The notes: a model not told the origin generated them from the sequence alone. A stretch of DNA of 64,000 bases from Nitrospirota bacterium (GCA_040757335.1 JBFLXB010000002.1:36381-100380), one strand, 5' to 3'. Shown: positions 44,186 through 54,817, numbered from the stretch's first letter. Program-made: numbers and translations.

Positions 44186-45598
44186 ATGGAACTCTCATCC
44201 CTCGGCACACTTCACTGTCCGTTTTGTGGCTCTGGCCTCGATGTGCTGTTTCGGTCGTCGGGTGAGGGTGGCGAAGGCGATGCGGACAGCGTTCGATATG
44301 GGGTTCTTCGCTGTGCCTGCAGTCGTTATCCTGTCGTTGGGGGCATACCGATACTGCGGCACATTGATGGACTACAGAGCGTAGTGGATCTGATCACGGG
44401 CCGGGATGAACGAAGAGCACTCCTTCAGTGCATGAACGTTTTTCGAATAAAATGGGCACATCGCACACGATGGCACCAAGCCCGGTATTACCTTAACTGC
44501 CGCCGCCTTGTTGCGGATCGAGATTTGTGTTTTAGAGATGCGGTCGACCTGGTCAGGAGGCCGAGGGTGTTTGCCGACTACCTTTTCCACAGGTATGCGA
44601 ATCCGAGTTTCCTGGCAGCGGCAGGGCTTCTTCAATTGCTAGGGTCGTTGGACCAAGATTCCGCAGGGGCCCCGACGGAGCGCTCAGCGCCAAAGGGGAC
44701 GCTAGAACGATCCCAGGCGCCAAACTGGCGAGGCAAGGTTACCTCCGATTCTGTGATTCGCGTGATTGATTTGGCCTGCGGAACAGGGCACAGCAGTTTC
44801 CTGATGCGGCGTTTGTATCCAGAGATGTCTGTGGTGGCAGTGGATTCAGATTTTATAAGTCTCTATCTTGCCAAGCGGTTTATGGCTCCCGAGGCAACGC
44901 ATTTGTGTCTCGATGCGGAATGTCCCAGTCCGTTTCCTGATAGGTACTTTCATGCGGTTTTCTGCCTTGATGCGTTCCATTACCTTCACTCAAAGAGAGC
45001 GGTCATTGGAGAACTTAGGCGCATCCTGACCTCCAGCGCAGTCTGGTTGTTCCCACATTTACACAATGCACTGCAAGACAACATAGTCGCCGGAGTTCCG
45101 CTGAGCCCTGAAAAGTATTTGGAGTGCTTCGCTTTCCTTGAGGCGAGACTCTTTGATGAGGGTGAGATCCTCCACGGATTGTGCGAGAAACGTATGCTTG
45201 ACCTGGGAACGAGTTCGGCTTTATCTCGGCTGAACGAGTCTCCGACCCTAACACTGATCGGAGGCCAACCGAAACTTTGGGGCATCCACAAAGGATTTCC
45301 CTCGGCGTTTTACAGAGACCGAACTAGCCTAGAAATTAACCCGATTTACCGCGTCAAACGATCGGGAGACAAATTGGATCTGAGCTTGAAATGGCCAAAT
45401 CCAGTTATGAAGAGAGAGTGCTCCGTTACGGAATCTATCGTGCCGCGTGAATATCAAGTTGATAGGAATGAATTGTTACAGTTGCTTGAGGAGAAGCGAG
45501 ATCCAAATGATGAAAGACTTAGTGAACTCGTGAGTAGATTTATCCTCGTTCCGCTCCCTTCTAACTATATGGGGGAAAGGTGGAGGGCGCAGGGTTGA
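44186..45598 (+). CDS. Trm112-like zinc-ribbon + class I SAM-dependent methyltransferase fusion protein
   Basis: N-terminal CPFCGSGL...LRCACSRYPVVGGIPIL (Trm112/DUF343-type zinc ribbon). MTase motif I VIDLACGTGHSS. About 470 aa. Confidence 0.65.
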   Translation: MELSSLGTLHCPFCGSGLDVLFRSSGEGGEGDADSVRYGVLRCACSRYPVVGGIPILRHIDGLQSVVDLITGRDERRALLQCMNVFRIKWAHRTRWHQARYYLNCRRLVADRDLCFRDAVDLVRRPRVFADYLFHRYANPSFLAAAGLLQLLGSLDQDSAGAPTERSAPKGTLERSQAPNWRGKVTSDSVIRVIDLACGTGHSSFLMRRLYPEMSVVAVDSDFISLYLAKRFMAPEATHLCLDAECPSPFPDRYFHAVFCLDAFHYLHSKRAVIGELRRILTSSAVWLFPHLHNALQDNIVAGVPLSPEKYLECFAFLEARLFDEGEILHGLCEKRMLDLGTSSALSRLNESPTLTLIGGQPKLWGIHKGFPSAFYRDRTSLEINPIYRVKRSGDKLDLSLKWPNPVMKRECSVTESIVPREYQVDRNELLQLLEEKRDPNDERLSELVSRFILVPLPSNYMGERWRAQG

Positions 45599-45638
45599 TT
45601 GCAGAGCACCACAACTTTCCATCGAATAACGATCTGCC

Positions 45639-46607
45639 ATGCTGATTAGCTTCGGGAGCGCCCTGGTCACAGGAGGCGCTGGCTTCATCGGGTCACACCT
45701 CGTAGAATCGTTAGCTGCCGAGGGCTGCCGGGTGACAGTCTTGGACAACCTTTCCAGCGGCAAAATGGCCAATCTCGGGTCAAGCGCCGGGCACGTGCAT
45801 TTCATCCACGGGGACATCCGTGACCGGAAGACCCTGGCCCAGGCCGCCGCTGGCTGCGAAGTCGTTTTCCATTTAGCGGCGGTTGTCTCCGTGGTGCAGA
45901 CAACAGAGGATCCGATCGGCACAGCTGCTATTAACGAGGCGGGCTCGCTCCATGTGCTCGAGGCTGGGCGCGCCGCCGGGGCACGTCGGGTGGTTTTTGC
46001 GAGCTCCTGTTCCGTATACGGCGATGAACCGACGTTGCCCAAGCGGGAGGATATGCGGCCTAGACCCCTCAGCCCCTACGCTGTGCAAAAGCTGGCGGTG
46101 GAGCACTACCTCCGCGTCTATCAATCGCTCTACGGCCTGGAAACCGTGAGTCTGCGCTTTTTCAATGTATTTGGACCGAGGCAGGATCCTTCGTCGCCAT
46201 ACTCCGGAGTCATTTCCATTTTTATCGTGAAGGCGTTGACGGGCGAGCAACCGGTAATCTATGGTGACGGTCTGCAGACCAGGGATTTTGTCTTCGTAGG
46301 GGACGTGGTTCAGGCGTTGATCTTGGCAGCGCACTCGCCGTCCGCTCCCGGCAGGATCTTCAACGTGGGCACCGGCCAATCGGTCTCAATCAACGGACTG
46401 TGGGCAACGATTGCATCCCTGTCTGGAGGGAGTGCCAAACCTGTTCATGCGCCGCAGCGGCCGGGAGAAGTCCAGCACTCTTTGGCCGCGATCGATTTTG
46501 CGCGCGAACATCTGCAGTTCGCTCCGTTGGTGAGCTTCGAGAAGGGGTTGGAGATGACGATGCGTTGGTATCGGAAATCGCTCACTTCCCGAGAAATGAT
46601 CCTGTGA
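45639..46607 (+). CDS. NAD-dependent epimerase/dehydratase (UDP-hexose 4-epimerase, WbpP/GalE-like)
   Basis: [24 protein letters not shown] (YxxxK). Confidence 0.8.
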   Translation: MLISFGSALVTGGAGFIGSHLVESLAAEGCRVTVLDNLSSGKMANLGSSAGHVHFIHGDIRDRKTLAQAAAGCEVVFHLAAVVSVVQTTEDPIGTAAINEAGSLHVLEAGRAAGARRVVFASSCSVYGDEPTLPKREDMRPRPLSPYAVQKLAVEHYLRVYQSLYGLETVSLRFFNVFGPRQDPSSPYSGVISIFIVKALTGEQPVIYGDGLQTRDFVFVGDVVQALILAAHSPSAPGRIFNVGTGQSVSINGLWATIASLSGGSAKPVHAPQRPGEVQHSLAAIDFAREHLQFAPLVSFEKGLEMTMRWYRKSLTSREMIL

Positions 46608-46671
46608 GTAGCAGTACGAAGAGAATCGCTCATTCTGTCAATGCGCGGAGTTACCAGTGCGGTTTTTGTGA

Positions 46672-48939
46672 GTGCAGTTGGGAGTGGTCGCGGTGAAAAG
46701 GGCGATTCCCCTTGTTCGAATCGGATTGGGCCTTTTCCTTTTGTTCGCATGCGCGCAACGAGAGAAGTCTGTCGAGGTCTTAGAACACTGGGTCATCGAC
46801 CCTCACCCAGACGCTGGGGAGGACTGTTGCACGGACATTTTGATGCTGGGAGATGTTAGTGGGGACGGGAACATGGACGTGGTGATTGGCAGTCAAGGAG
46901 CCCAGGTTGCGGGTCTGGTGTGGTATCAATACCCCACGTGGGAAAGACACGCTGTGGCGAGCGGAGAATTCACAACCGATGGACAGTTGGCGGACATTGA
47001 TGGAGATGGCGATCTCGACATAGTGATTAGCTCACTCGGTGAGAAGGAAGGGAAGATTGTCTGGTTTGAAAACGATTCCGGATCTGACCCGAGAGAGTGG
47101 ATCCCGCATGTCGTTGGGAGCGCCTATGGGCATGATGTCGTAGTCGGTGACATGAATGCGGACGGAAAAATGGATATCGTAACCTGCGACAAGAAGGAGG
47201 TCGTACTTTGGACGCAGGTCAGCCTTGATGTCTTCAAAGGGCATATTATCATCGAGCGCCAGGGTGAAGGCATCGCCTTGGAGGATATGGACGAGGACCG
47301 TGATCTAGATATCGTCTTTGGAGGATCGTGGCTGGAAAACGCTGGTACGGGGGCACAGGGGTGGACGCGTTACCCGATTGCTCCGAAGTGGTCTCCCGAC
47401 ACCAGGGTGGCGATCGCAGACATGAACGACGACGGCTTGCCTGATGTCGTCCTGAGTGTTTCGGAGGGAAAGGGGGGGATATCCTGGTTCGAATCCCCCA
47501 AAGATCCCCGAACCGATCCCTGGGCCGAGCACTCTATCGAGAAGGGGGGCCTTGACGGGGCTCACTCGCTCCAGGTCGCTGATATTGACGGAGACGGCGA
47601 TTTCGACATCGTCACGGCAGAGATGCACACTTCCTGGAAGAGGCGGGTGCTGGTCTATTTCAACAAAGGGGGATCGTTTGAGCCCGCCGTGCTGGCCAGA
47701 ACCGGCTCTCATAACATGCGCTCGGCCGATATTGACAACGATGGAGACATAGACATTCTTGGCAAGAACTACGCGGGCAGAGGAAGGGCCATAGAGATGT
47801 GGGAAAACCTCTCCAGCGCGGAGGGGAGTTGGGAGTACGTGTCCGTCGACCAGAGGCGCCCCAAGAGCCAGAGGGGCAAGATGGGCACGACCTTTGGGGA
47901 TGCGGATGGCGACGGCTTTGCCGATATCGTGGCCGGATCGTTCCTCTACCTGAATCCGAAGGGAAATATGCAGCAGCCGTGGAAGAGAATCGAACTGCCA
48001 GGGAACATCGACGGGTTCTTTGCCATAGACGTGAACGGCAATAACCTCTTCGATTTGGTTGGAATCGACGGCGACACCGTGCAGTGGATTGAGGCCGAAA
48101 GTGACCAACTAGCCTCCTGGAGGACCATAGCAGTTGGTAGAGTGGAAAAAGGCCGTACCCAGGGGTATTCTACTGCGAGCCTCATTCCCGGGAAAAAGCC
48201 ACAACTGATTTTCACCCGCGGCAAACGCCTTTATGTTCTTCAAGTCCCTGAAGATCCGGAACGGGGTCTGTGGCCGCTTCACGCGATTTCCACAGAAAAT
48301 GAAGAAGAAGGCGTGGGTGTCGGAGATATCGATGGAGATGGGGACCTGGACATTGCTGCTGTCCGTGCGGATGGACAACAATTCATCTGGTTCGAGAATC
48401 CGGGCTCCTTGGCCGGGAAATGGAGAATGCACGTCGCAGGCAGATTGATCGATCCCTCCAGGACTTTCCTGGACCGCATCGCCCTGGCGGACCTCAACAG
48501 CGACGGAAAACTTGACATCATCGCTACGGAGGAAAGGCAGGATTGGGAGTTAGCCGCCCACCTCTATTGGTTTGAGTCCCCTGCTGATTCCACCAAGACG
48601 GGGGAATGGAAACGCCACATCATCGGCAGACACCGGTCCTTAAACAGTATGGATACTGCTGATATTGATGGTGACGGCGCCATCGATATCGTCGCCGCTG
48701 AACACACGGACCAAAAGGAGGAAGCGGCGGACGACAACCTCACCCTGGTATATTTGAACAGGAACAGGGGTCGGAACTGGATTCCACATGTAGTTGAGAG
48801 AGGCCCGCACAGCAGCCACTTAGGGGCTAGGCTAGTGGATCTTAACAATGATGGGGTTTTAGAAATTGTTTCCATGGGGTGGAGCCAATACCAGTTCGTT
48901 CACTTGTGGAAAAAGGCCAACCCCGGGAATGGAGGATGA
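46672..48939 (+). CDS. FG-GAP repeat (integrin-alpha-like beta-propeller) lipoprotein
   Basis: Signal peptide with lipobox LLFAC. More than 10 repeats of the D-x-D/N-x-DG-x-x-D-I/V calcium-binding FG-GAP motif (DIDGDGDLDIV, DMNADGKMDIV, DIDNDGDIDIL ...). Alternative GTG start at 46693. Confidence 0.7.
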   Translation: MQLGVVAVKRAIPLVRIGLGLFLLFACAQREKSVEVLEHWVIDPHPDAGEDCCTDILMLGDVSGDGNMDVVIGSQGAQVAGLVWYQYPTWERHAVASGEFTTDGQLADIDGDGDLDIVISSLGEKEGKIVWFENDSGSDPREWIPHVVGSAYGHDVVVGDMNADGKMDIVTCDKKEVVLWTQVSLDVFKGHIIIERQGEGIALEDMDEDRDLDIVFGGSWLENAGTGAQGWTRYPIAPKWSPDTRVAIADMNDDGLPDVVLSVSEGKGGISWFESPKDPRTDPWAEHSIEKGGLDGAHSLQVADIDGDGDFDIVTAEMHTSWKRRVLVYFNKGGSFEPAVLARTGSHNMRSADIDNDGDIDILGKNYAGRGRAIEMWENLSSAEGSWEYVSVDQRRPKSQRGKMGTTFGDADGDGFADIVAGSFLYLNPKGNMQQPWKRIELPGNIDGFFAIDVNGNNLFDLVGIDGDTVQWIEAESDQLASWRTIAVGRVEKGRTQGYSTASLIPGKKPQLIFTRGKRLYVLQVPEDPERGLWPLHAISTENEEEGVGVGDIDGDGDLDIAAVRADGQQFIWFENPGSLAGKWRMHVAGRLIDPSRTFLDRIALADLNSDGKLDIIATEERQDWELAAHLYWFESPADSTKTGEWKRHIIGRHRSLNSMDTADIDGDGAIDIVAAEHTDQKEEAADDNLTLVYLNRNRGRNWIPHVVERGPHSSHLGARLVDLNNDGVLEIVSMGWSQYQFVHLWKKANPGNGG

Positions 48940-48996
48940 AGGGGAATCAACTATGTCCTGTATGGTAAGGCATTTAAGTCCAAGCAAGAAGCAAAC

Positions 48997-49026
48997 TTGA
49001 ACTGGCAATTTCAAAACTCGGATAAT
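48997..49026 (+). promoter_or_regulatory. Sigma70-like promoter candidate upstream of rfbF (TTGAAC-N18-GATAAT) in an AT-rich spacer
   Basis: Read directly from the sequence. The spacer 48940-49113 is markedly AT-rich relative to its flanks. Confidence 0.3.
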
Positions 49027-49113
49027 TGATTCTTGATCGAGATGTCACAATAGCAGTTCCTTTCAGAATTGAAACTTGAATAGATCATCTTCCTTGTCAA
49101 GGAGGCAGGAGAT

Positions 49114-49884
49114 ATGAAAGTAGGAATCCTGGCAGGCGGACATGGGACCAGACTTGCGGAAGAGACAGAAACGAAACCAAAACCAATGGTTGAGATCGGA
49201 GGACGACCGATTCTGTGGCATATCATGATGATCTATGCGCACCAGGGCTACAAGGACTTTGTAATAGCTCTTGGATACAAGGGCGAGATCATCAAGAGGT
49301 ATATGTTGGACTACTGCACGCTATCCAGTGATGTGACAGTGAATTTAGGCAGTGGGAGCGTAAAATATCACGACGGGAACAAAGTGGACTGGACGGTAGA
49401 TCTTATCGATACGGGCCTCCACACCCAGACCGGCGGGCGGATTAGGCGCCTTGCGCCCTATGTCGGCAAAGAAACGTTCATGGTTACCTGGGGAGACGGA
49501 GTGGCGGACGTCGATCTCAAGCAACTATTGGCGTTCCACCGTTCTCACGGGAAGCTCGCGACCTTGACAGCCGTTCGGCCACCGGCACGATACGGGCATC
49601 TGAAACTTAACGGTGACAGGATCTCAGAGTTTTCAGAAAAGCCGCAGATTGGCGAGGGGTGGATCAATGGCGCCTTTTTTGTCCTCGAGCCTGGAGTGTT
49701 CGATTATATCGCCGGGGACGACACGCAATGGGAGAAGGAGCCAATGGAAAACCTCGCGAGAGACGGCCAGCTGATGGCCTACAAACATACCTCGTTTTGG
49801 CAGTGCATGGACACGTTGCGCGAGAAACACATCCTGCAGAACTACTGGCAGAGCGGGAAGGCCCCCTGGAAGATCTGGGAGTAA
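49114..49884 (+). CDS. rfbF: Glucose-1-phosphate cytidylyltransferase
   Basis: RBS AAGGAGG. N-terminal MKVGILAGGHGTRLAEET, KPKPMVEIGGRPILWHIM, about 256 aa. Matches RfbF/DdhA closely. Confidence 0.85.
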   Translation: MKVGILAGGHGTRLAEETETKPKPMVEIGGRPILWHIMMIYAHQGYKDFVIALGYKGEIIKRYMLDYCTLSSDVTVNLGSGSVKYHDGNKVDWTVDLIDTGLHTQTGGRIRRLAPYVGKETFMVTWGDGVADVDLKQLLAFHRSHGKLATLTAVRPPARYGHLKLNGDRISEFSEKPQIGEGWINGAFFVLEPGVFDYIAGDDTQWEKEPMENLARDGQLMAYKHTSFWQCMDTLREKHILQNYWQSGKAPWKIWE

Positions 49885-49946
49885 CCGGGACCGACTGAAG
49901 GCAGAGTGTCCGCAAAGTCTGGACGTCTGACTCGAAGGAGAACACG

Positions 49947-50993
49947 ATGAGAGTGCTTGTGACAGGGTGCCTAGGATATATCGGGACGGCTCTGGTGCCG
50001 ATGATGCAGAAAAGCGGCATCGAGGTGGTTGGTCTGGACTCGGATCTCTATAGACGGTGCACATTCAGCGGATCGCTCCCGGAGCTTCCGATCATCAGGA
50101 AAGACGTCCGGGACGTGATCCAGGACGAGCTTGCAGGGTTTGATGCGATCTTGCATCTGGCGGGCCTGTCCAATGATCCCCTGGGGGACTATCGCCCCGA
50201 GCTGACGGACGAAATCAACGCGAAGGCGTCGATCGCATTAGCCCGCATGGCCAAATCCGCAGGGGTGAAGCGGTTCGTGTTTGCGTCGTCTTGCAGCAAC
50301 TATGGTGCGGCAGGGGCAGAGTTCCTGACCGAAGAGGCGTCGTTCAATCCTGTGACGCCCTACGGGGTTTCCAAGGTGAAGGTTGAGGCGGCGTTGGGGA
50401 AAATGGCAGATGAGAACTTTACCCCGACCTATCTCCGGGCTTCCACGGCTTATGGCGTATCGCCCCGCATCCGGTTCGACCTGGTAGCCAACAATCTGAC
50501 TGCGTGGGCGTTTACAACGGGCCGGGTGTTCATCAAGAGCGATGGAACACCGTGGCGGCCGATTGTCCATATTGAGGACATCTCCCGTGCCTATATTGCC
50601 GTTCTGCACGCGCCGCGGGAAGTAGTCCATAACGAAGGCTTCAATGTGGGTACCACCACGGAGAACTACCAGATCCGTGAAATAGCCGACATCGTCAAAG
50701 AGGTTGTCCCGGGCTGCAAAGTCGAGTATGCGGCGGATGCCGGACCGGATAAGCGGTGTTATCGCGTGGACTGCAACAAGATTGCCAGGGTGCTTCACGA
50801 GTTCAAACCGCAATGGACGGCCCGGAGGGGAATCGAACAGTTGTACGAGGAGTACAAACGGGTCGGCCTGACGTTGGAGGAGTTCGAGGGGCCGAAGTTC
50901 ATGCGAATCGCCCACGTAAAGAGCTTGATCAAAGAGGGGGTTCTCGACGAGAGCCTGCGTTGGCGCGGCGAAACCGCTAAAGGCCCTCGCTGA
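49947..50993 (+). CDS. NAD-dependent epimerase/dehydratase family protein (SDR); exact NDP-sugar substrate unclear
   Basis: VLVTGCLGYIGT Rossmann motif, ASSCSNYG, YGVSK (YxxxK). It does not carry the RfbG-type N-terminus. Confidence 0.75.
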   Translation: MRVLVTGCLGYIGTALVPMMQKSGIEVVGLDSDLYRRCTFSGSLPELPIIRKDVRDVIQDELAGFDAILHLAGLSNDPLGDYRPELTDEINAKASIALARMAKSAGVKRFVFASSCSNYGAAGAEFLTEEASFNPVTPYGVSKVKVEAALGKMADENFTPTYLRASTAYGVSPRIRFDLVANNLTAWAFTTGRVFIKSDGTPWRPIVHIEDISRAYIAVLHAPREVVHNEGFNVGTTTENYQIREIADIVKEVVPGCKVEYAADAGPDKRCYRVDCNKIARVLHEFKPQWTARRGIEQLYEEYKRVGLTLEEFEGPKFMRIAHVKSLIKEGVLDESLRWRGETAKGPR

Positions 50994-51081
50994 GTGCGCA
51001 CGTCAACTCGTTCTAGACGGCTCTGGGACCGGCAAACGCTGTGTGGCGTCATCATCCACGAAATCACCTTAGAGGTCTGAT

Positions 51082-52311
51082 ATGAAAAAACACGATGCGT
51101 CCTGTCGCCTGTGCCGGACGAAGGGACTCGACATCTTTCTTGATTTGGGGAATATGCCCCTGGCGGATCGGCTGTTGAATGACGAGCAGCTTCTTCAAAA
51201 AGAGCCCAAATTCCCTCTCCAAATGGCGTTCTGCTCGAGCTGCGGTCTGGTGCAGATCCTGGAGACCGTTGATCCCCAGGTGCTGTTCCGAGACAACTAT
51301 CCGTACTATTCCTCCTTCTCGCCCGCCTTGCTTCAGCATTCGCGCGACAATGTGATGGAACTCATTCAGGCCAGGAGCTTGAGTGCCAAGAGTCTGGTGG
51401 TGGAGTTGGCAAGCAACGATGGGTACCTCTTGAAGAACTACCGGGAGATGGGAATCCCCTGCCTCGGAATCGATCCAGCGGAGGGTCCGGCGCGAGCCGC
51501 GGAGGCCTCGGGTGTCCCGACGCTCTGCGACTTCTTTACAACGGACCTCGCAAGCCGGTTGGTGACCCAAGGCAAGTCGGCCGACGTCATCCACGCCAAC
51601 AACGTTCTGGCGCATGTGGCTGACACCAACGGTTTTGTGGAAGGAATCCGCACCCTGCTGAAGGACGACGGGGTGGCGGTGATCGAGTTCCCGTACGTGA
51701 AAGATCTCATTGACCACGTAGAGTTCGACACGGTCTATCATGAACATCTCTGTTATTTCTCGGTCGTAGCCGTGGACCGCCTGCTCCGGCGTCATCGCCT
51801 GTACCTGAACGACATCAGGCGCCTTCCGATTCATGGCGGGTCGTTGCGGCTCTACGTCGGAAAACACGAAGACGTTCGCGATTCGGTCCAATCGCTGATG
51901 GCGACCGAAAGGCAGGAGGGGGTTGATCAGCTCTCGTACTTTAAAGACTTCGGTGTCCGGGTTGAAGCCCTTAAGAAGCGGCTGCTGGCAATTCTGGCAG
52001 ACCTCAGAGCCCAGGGGAAGCGAATCGCCGCGTACGGGGCCGCGGCGAAAGGGACGACACTGATCAACTACATGGGAATCGGAAAGGACCTGATTGATTT
52101 TGTGGTGGACCGCAACACGTTCAAACACGGACTTTATATGCCGGGCCAACACATACCGATTGCTCCGGTAGAGAAGCTGCTTGAGGCGCTTCCGGACTAC
52201 GTGCTGGTTCTGGCCTGGAATTTTGCGGACGAGATACTCAAGCAGCAGGAGGCGTACCGCAAGAACGGCGGAAGATTCATCATTCCTATTCCGGAACCGA
52301 GGGTCGTCTGA
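51082..52311 (+). CDS. Zn-ribbon C-methyltransferase family protein (Methyltransf_13 + class I MTase + Methyltransf_14 C-terminal domain; NDP-hexose C-methyltransferase-like), paralogue 1 of 3
   Basis: N-terminal CxxC...CxxC (CRLCRT...CSSCGLVQ). MTase motif [15 protein letters not shown]-terminal domain with [12 protein letters not shown]. The long antisense ORF 51064-52152 is rejected. Confidence 0.75.
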   Translation: MKKHDASCRLCRTKGLDIFLDLGNMPLADRLLNDEQLLQKEPKFPLQMAFCSSCGLVQILETVDPQVLFRDNYPYYSSFSPALLQHSRDNVMELIQARSLSAKSLVVELASNDGYLLKNYREMGIPCLGIDPAEGPARAAEASGVPTLCDFFTTDLASRLVTQGKSADVIHANNVLAHVADTNGFVEGIRTLLKDDGVAVIEFPYVKDLIDHVEFDTVYHEHLCYFSVVAVDRLLRRHRLYLNDIRRLPIHGGSLRLYVGKHEDVRDSVQSLMATERQEGVDQLSYFKDFGVRVEALKKRLLAILADLRAQGKRIAAYGAAAKGTTLINYMGIGKDLIDFVVDRNTFKHGLYMPGQHIPIAPVEKLLEALPDYVLVLAWNFADEILKQQEAYRKNGGRFIIPIPEPRVV

Positions 52312-52343
52312 AGTCTACCGGCGGAAGCCGTTAGAGGTATCGC

Positions 52344-53540
52344 TTGAGGAGGATTCGCGTGGATGCTGCGTCGGGACATATCTGCCCCGCCTGTGAACAA
52401 GGGGAAATGTCGGTTTTCTACGAACTCAGGGATTTCCCCGTTCACACCGTGCTCAATATCGCGGCGAAAGCGGAGGCGTTTGGCTTTCGGCGTGGCGACA
52501 TCGTACTGGCGTTCTGCCGCGATTGCGGGTTCATCACCAACACTGCCTTTAAGCGGGAGTTGCTCGAGTACGGGGCGGACTGTGAGGAGTCGCAGGGGTT
52601 CTCGCCGACATTCAGGTCTTTTGCCAGCGGGTTGGGTCACGAGTTAGTGGAACGATACCAGCTCAGGGGGAAGACCATATTGGAAATCGGTTGTGGAAAA
52701 GGAGAGTTTCTCTCAATGCTGTGCGCGTATGGGCACAACCAGGGGGTCGGATTTGACCCGGCGTATGTGGAAGGCAGGCACGAGCCCATCGAAGGCGGGA
52801 GTGTCCGATTCATCAAGGACTACTATTCCGAGAAATATTCCCAGTACCAGGCCGACTTCGTTTGCTGCCAGATGACGCTGGAGCACATCCATCAGGTCGG
52901 CCCATTCATTCACATGGTGCGGGGGGCGATCGGGAATAGAGGGTCGACGGTGGTGTACTTCCAGGTTCCGGATGTGACCCGTATCTTGCGGGACTGCGCC
53001 TTCGAGGATATCTACTACGAGCACTGTTCCTACTTCAGTCCGGGATCTCTGGCGCGCCTATTCCGTAAAAATGGGTTCGACATTCTCGACCTTCGCACGG
53101 AATACGACGGACAGTATTTGATCATTGAAGCTCGAACCGCGGGGGCTAATCCGAAGGGCGTGACCGCCATGGAGAATGACCTGGCGCAGCTCGAGGGGTA
53201 CGTGTCAACCTTCTCCCGGAGAGTGAAGGAGAAGCTGTCATCTTGGCGCAAGAGCCTGGACGGTCTGACTGGGAAACGGAGCGTGGTCTGGGGGTCGGGG
53301 TCGAAGGGTGTGGCCTTCCTGATCAATCTTGGACTCGACAAGCTGGTCGAATATGTGGTGGATATCAATCCGCACCGACAAGGCATGTTCATGCCGGGGA
53401 CCGGGCACGAGATCGTGGCGCCGAGCGCCCTTATGACGATTCGGCCGGATGCGGTCATCGTGATGAACCGCGTCTATGAGCCGGAGATCAAAGCGGAACT
53501 GCAGAAGATGGGGCTGAACCCGAAGGTGCTCTCGCTATGA
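52344..53540 (+). CDS. Zn-ribbon C-methyltransferase family protein, paralogue 2 of 3
   Basis: CPACEQ...CRDCGFIT. ILEIGCGKGEFL. WGSGSKGVAFL. Start uncertain (ATG 52344 or GTG about 52359). Confidence 0.75.
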   Translation: MRRIRVDAASGHICPACEQGEMSVFYELRDFPVHTVLNIAAKAEAFGFRRGDIVLAFCRDCGFITNTAFKRELLEYGADCEESQGFSPTFRSFASGLGHELVERYQLRGKTILEIGCGKGEFLSMLCAYGHNQGVGFDPAYVEGRHEPIEGGSVRFIKDYYSEKYSQYQADFVCCQMTLEHIHQVGPFIHMVRGAIGNRGSTVVYFQVPDVTRILRDCAFEDIYYEHCSYFSPGSLARLFRKNGFDILDLRTEYDGQYLIIEARTAGANPKGVTAMENDLAQLEGYVSTFSRRVKEKLSSWRKSLDGLTGKRSVVWGSGSKGVAFLINLGLDKLVEYVVDINPHRQGMFMPGTGHEIVAPSALMTIRPDAVIVMNRVYEPEIKAELQKMGLNPKVLSL

Positions 53541-54817
53541 CCAGCCCAGAGCCCGCCTCCCAGAAGGGCCCGCCTCCCGATTCTGCGTTCGCCCAGCAGC
53601 CAAGGGCCATTCCCGGGGCTTCGGATGGAGGGTGCGTCGTCTGCGGTTCCGGAAGTGTCTGGACCTTTGCCGAGATGAAGGGCGTGCCCGTGCACAGCAA
53701 CGTTCTGGCTGCTTCTCGGGCGCAAGCACTCCAGGTCCCCACAGGGGATCTGGAGATGCGCTGTTGCAGGGATTGCGGGCACGTGTACAACGCGGCGTTT
53801 CGGCCCGAGCGGATGACGTACACTTCGGACTACGAAAACTCGCTCTTTGTCTCTCCCACGTATCGAGCGTATGCCGAGGCCCTCGTCGCTGACCTGATCA
53901 AGCGGTTTGGTCTTCGGGGTAAGCGGGTGGTTGAGATCGGTTGCGGTTCGGGCGAGTTTCTGAAACTGCTCTGCGACCAAGGAGAGAATGACGGCATCGG
54001 CTTTGATCCCAGCGGGCTGGCGGGTCGTTGCATCGAGGGCCATCCAAAGATTCGCTTTGTGCGCGAGCACTATACTCCCAAGCACGCGGATGTCGACGCC
54101 GACTTCCTGTGCTGCCGGCAGGTGCTGGAGCACGTGCCCGCGCCTCGGGCCTTTCTTCGGGAAATCAAGAACGCACTGCCGACACGGAAGAGAGTTGGCG
54201 TGCTTTTCGAAGTGCCTGACGTGTTGTTCATGCTCGAGGCGCACAGCAGTTGGGACTTCATCTATGAACACTGCTCGTACTTTTCAATGTCATCTCTGAA
54301 CCGGTTGTTCGCGATGGCCGGGTTTACGGTGTTGGATGTTTGGAGGGCCTTCCATAATCAGTTTCTCTGCGTCTGTGCAGAACCGCTTCGCGAAGGGGCG
54401 GTGGCGAAGGGAGCAACCGCGGAGTTCGATCCGCACGAGGTGGTGCGCAACGCGCAGGCCTTTGCCGAGGTGTTTCGAGAGCAACGGCACGCCTGGAATC
54501 AGACCCTGCGATCGTATGCGGAGTCGCGAGCCAAGGTCGTGCTCTGGGGCGCGGGATCGAAGGGGGTGACATTCCTCAACGTCGTGCAGAGCAGCCGCTC
54601 GATCGGGTATGTCGTCGACATCAATGACCAAAAGTGCGGCAAATTCATCCCTGGAACTGGACAGCGGATTGTCTCCCCAGGTTTCCTAAAGGAGCATCGA
54701 CCGGATGTCGTGATCCTCATGAATCCTGCGTACGAGACGGAAGTGAGAGCAACCCTTGCGGGGATGAAGATCAACCCGCGGATTGTGGCGGTCAGTCAGC
54801 CAGCGCTGGCGTCGTAA
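53537..54817 (+). CDS. Zn-ribbon C-methyltransferase family protein, paralogue 3 of 3
   Basis: ATGA overlap with paralogue 2. CVVCGS...CRDCGHVY. VVEIGCGSGEFL. WGAGSKGVTFL. Confidence 0.75.
   Translation: MTSPEPASQKGPPPDSAFAQQPRAIPGASDGGCVVCGSGSVWTFAEMKGVPVHSNVLAASRAQALQVPTGDLEMRCCRDCGHVYNAAFRPERMTYTSDYENSLFVSPTYRAYAEALVADLIKRFGLRGKRVVEIGCGSGEFLKLLCDQGENDGIGFDPSGLAGRCIEGHPKIRFVREHYTPKHADVDADFLCCRQVLEHVPAPRAFLREIKNALPTRKRVGVLFEVPDVLFMLEAHSSWDFIYEHCSYFSMSSLNRLFAMAGFTVLDVWRAFHNQFLCVCAEPLREGAVAKGATAEFDPHEVVRNAQAFAEVFREQRHAWNQTLRSYAESRAKVVLWGAGSKGVTFLNVVQSSRSIGYVVDINDQKCGKFIPGTGQRIVSPGFLKEHRPDVVILMNPAYETEVRATLAGMKINPRIVAVSQPALAS

Noticed and set aside
47305-48108. 267-aa minus-strand ORF
   Set aside because: Antisense to the FG-GAP repeat gene, whose repeated DxDxDG motifs are unambiguous.
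51064-52152. 362-aa minus-strand ORF
   Set aside because: Antisense to methyltransferase paralogue 1 (Zn-ribbon + GxGxG motifs on the plus strand). The minus translation has no recognisable features.
53474-54271. 265-aa minus-strand ORF and 53030-53458 minus-strand ORF
   Set aside because: Antisense to methyltransferase paralogues 2/3.
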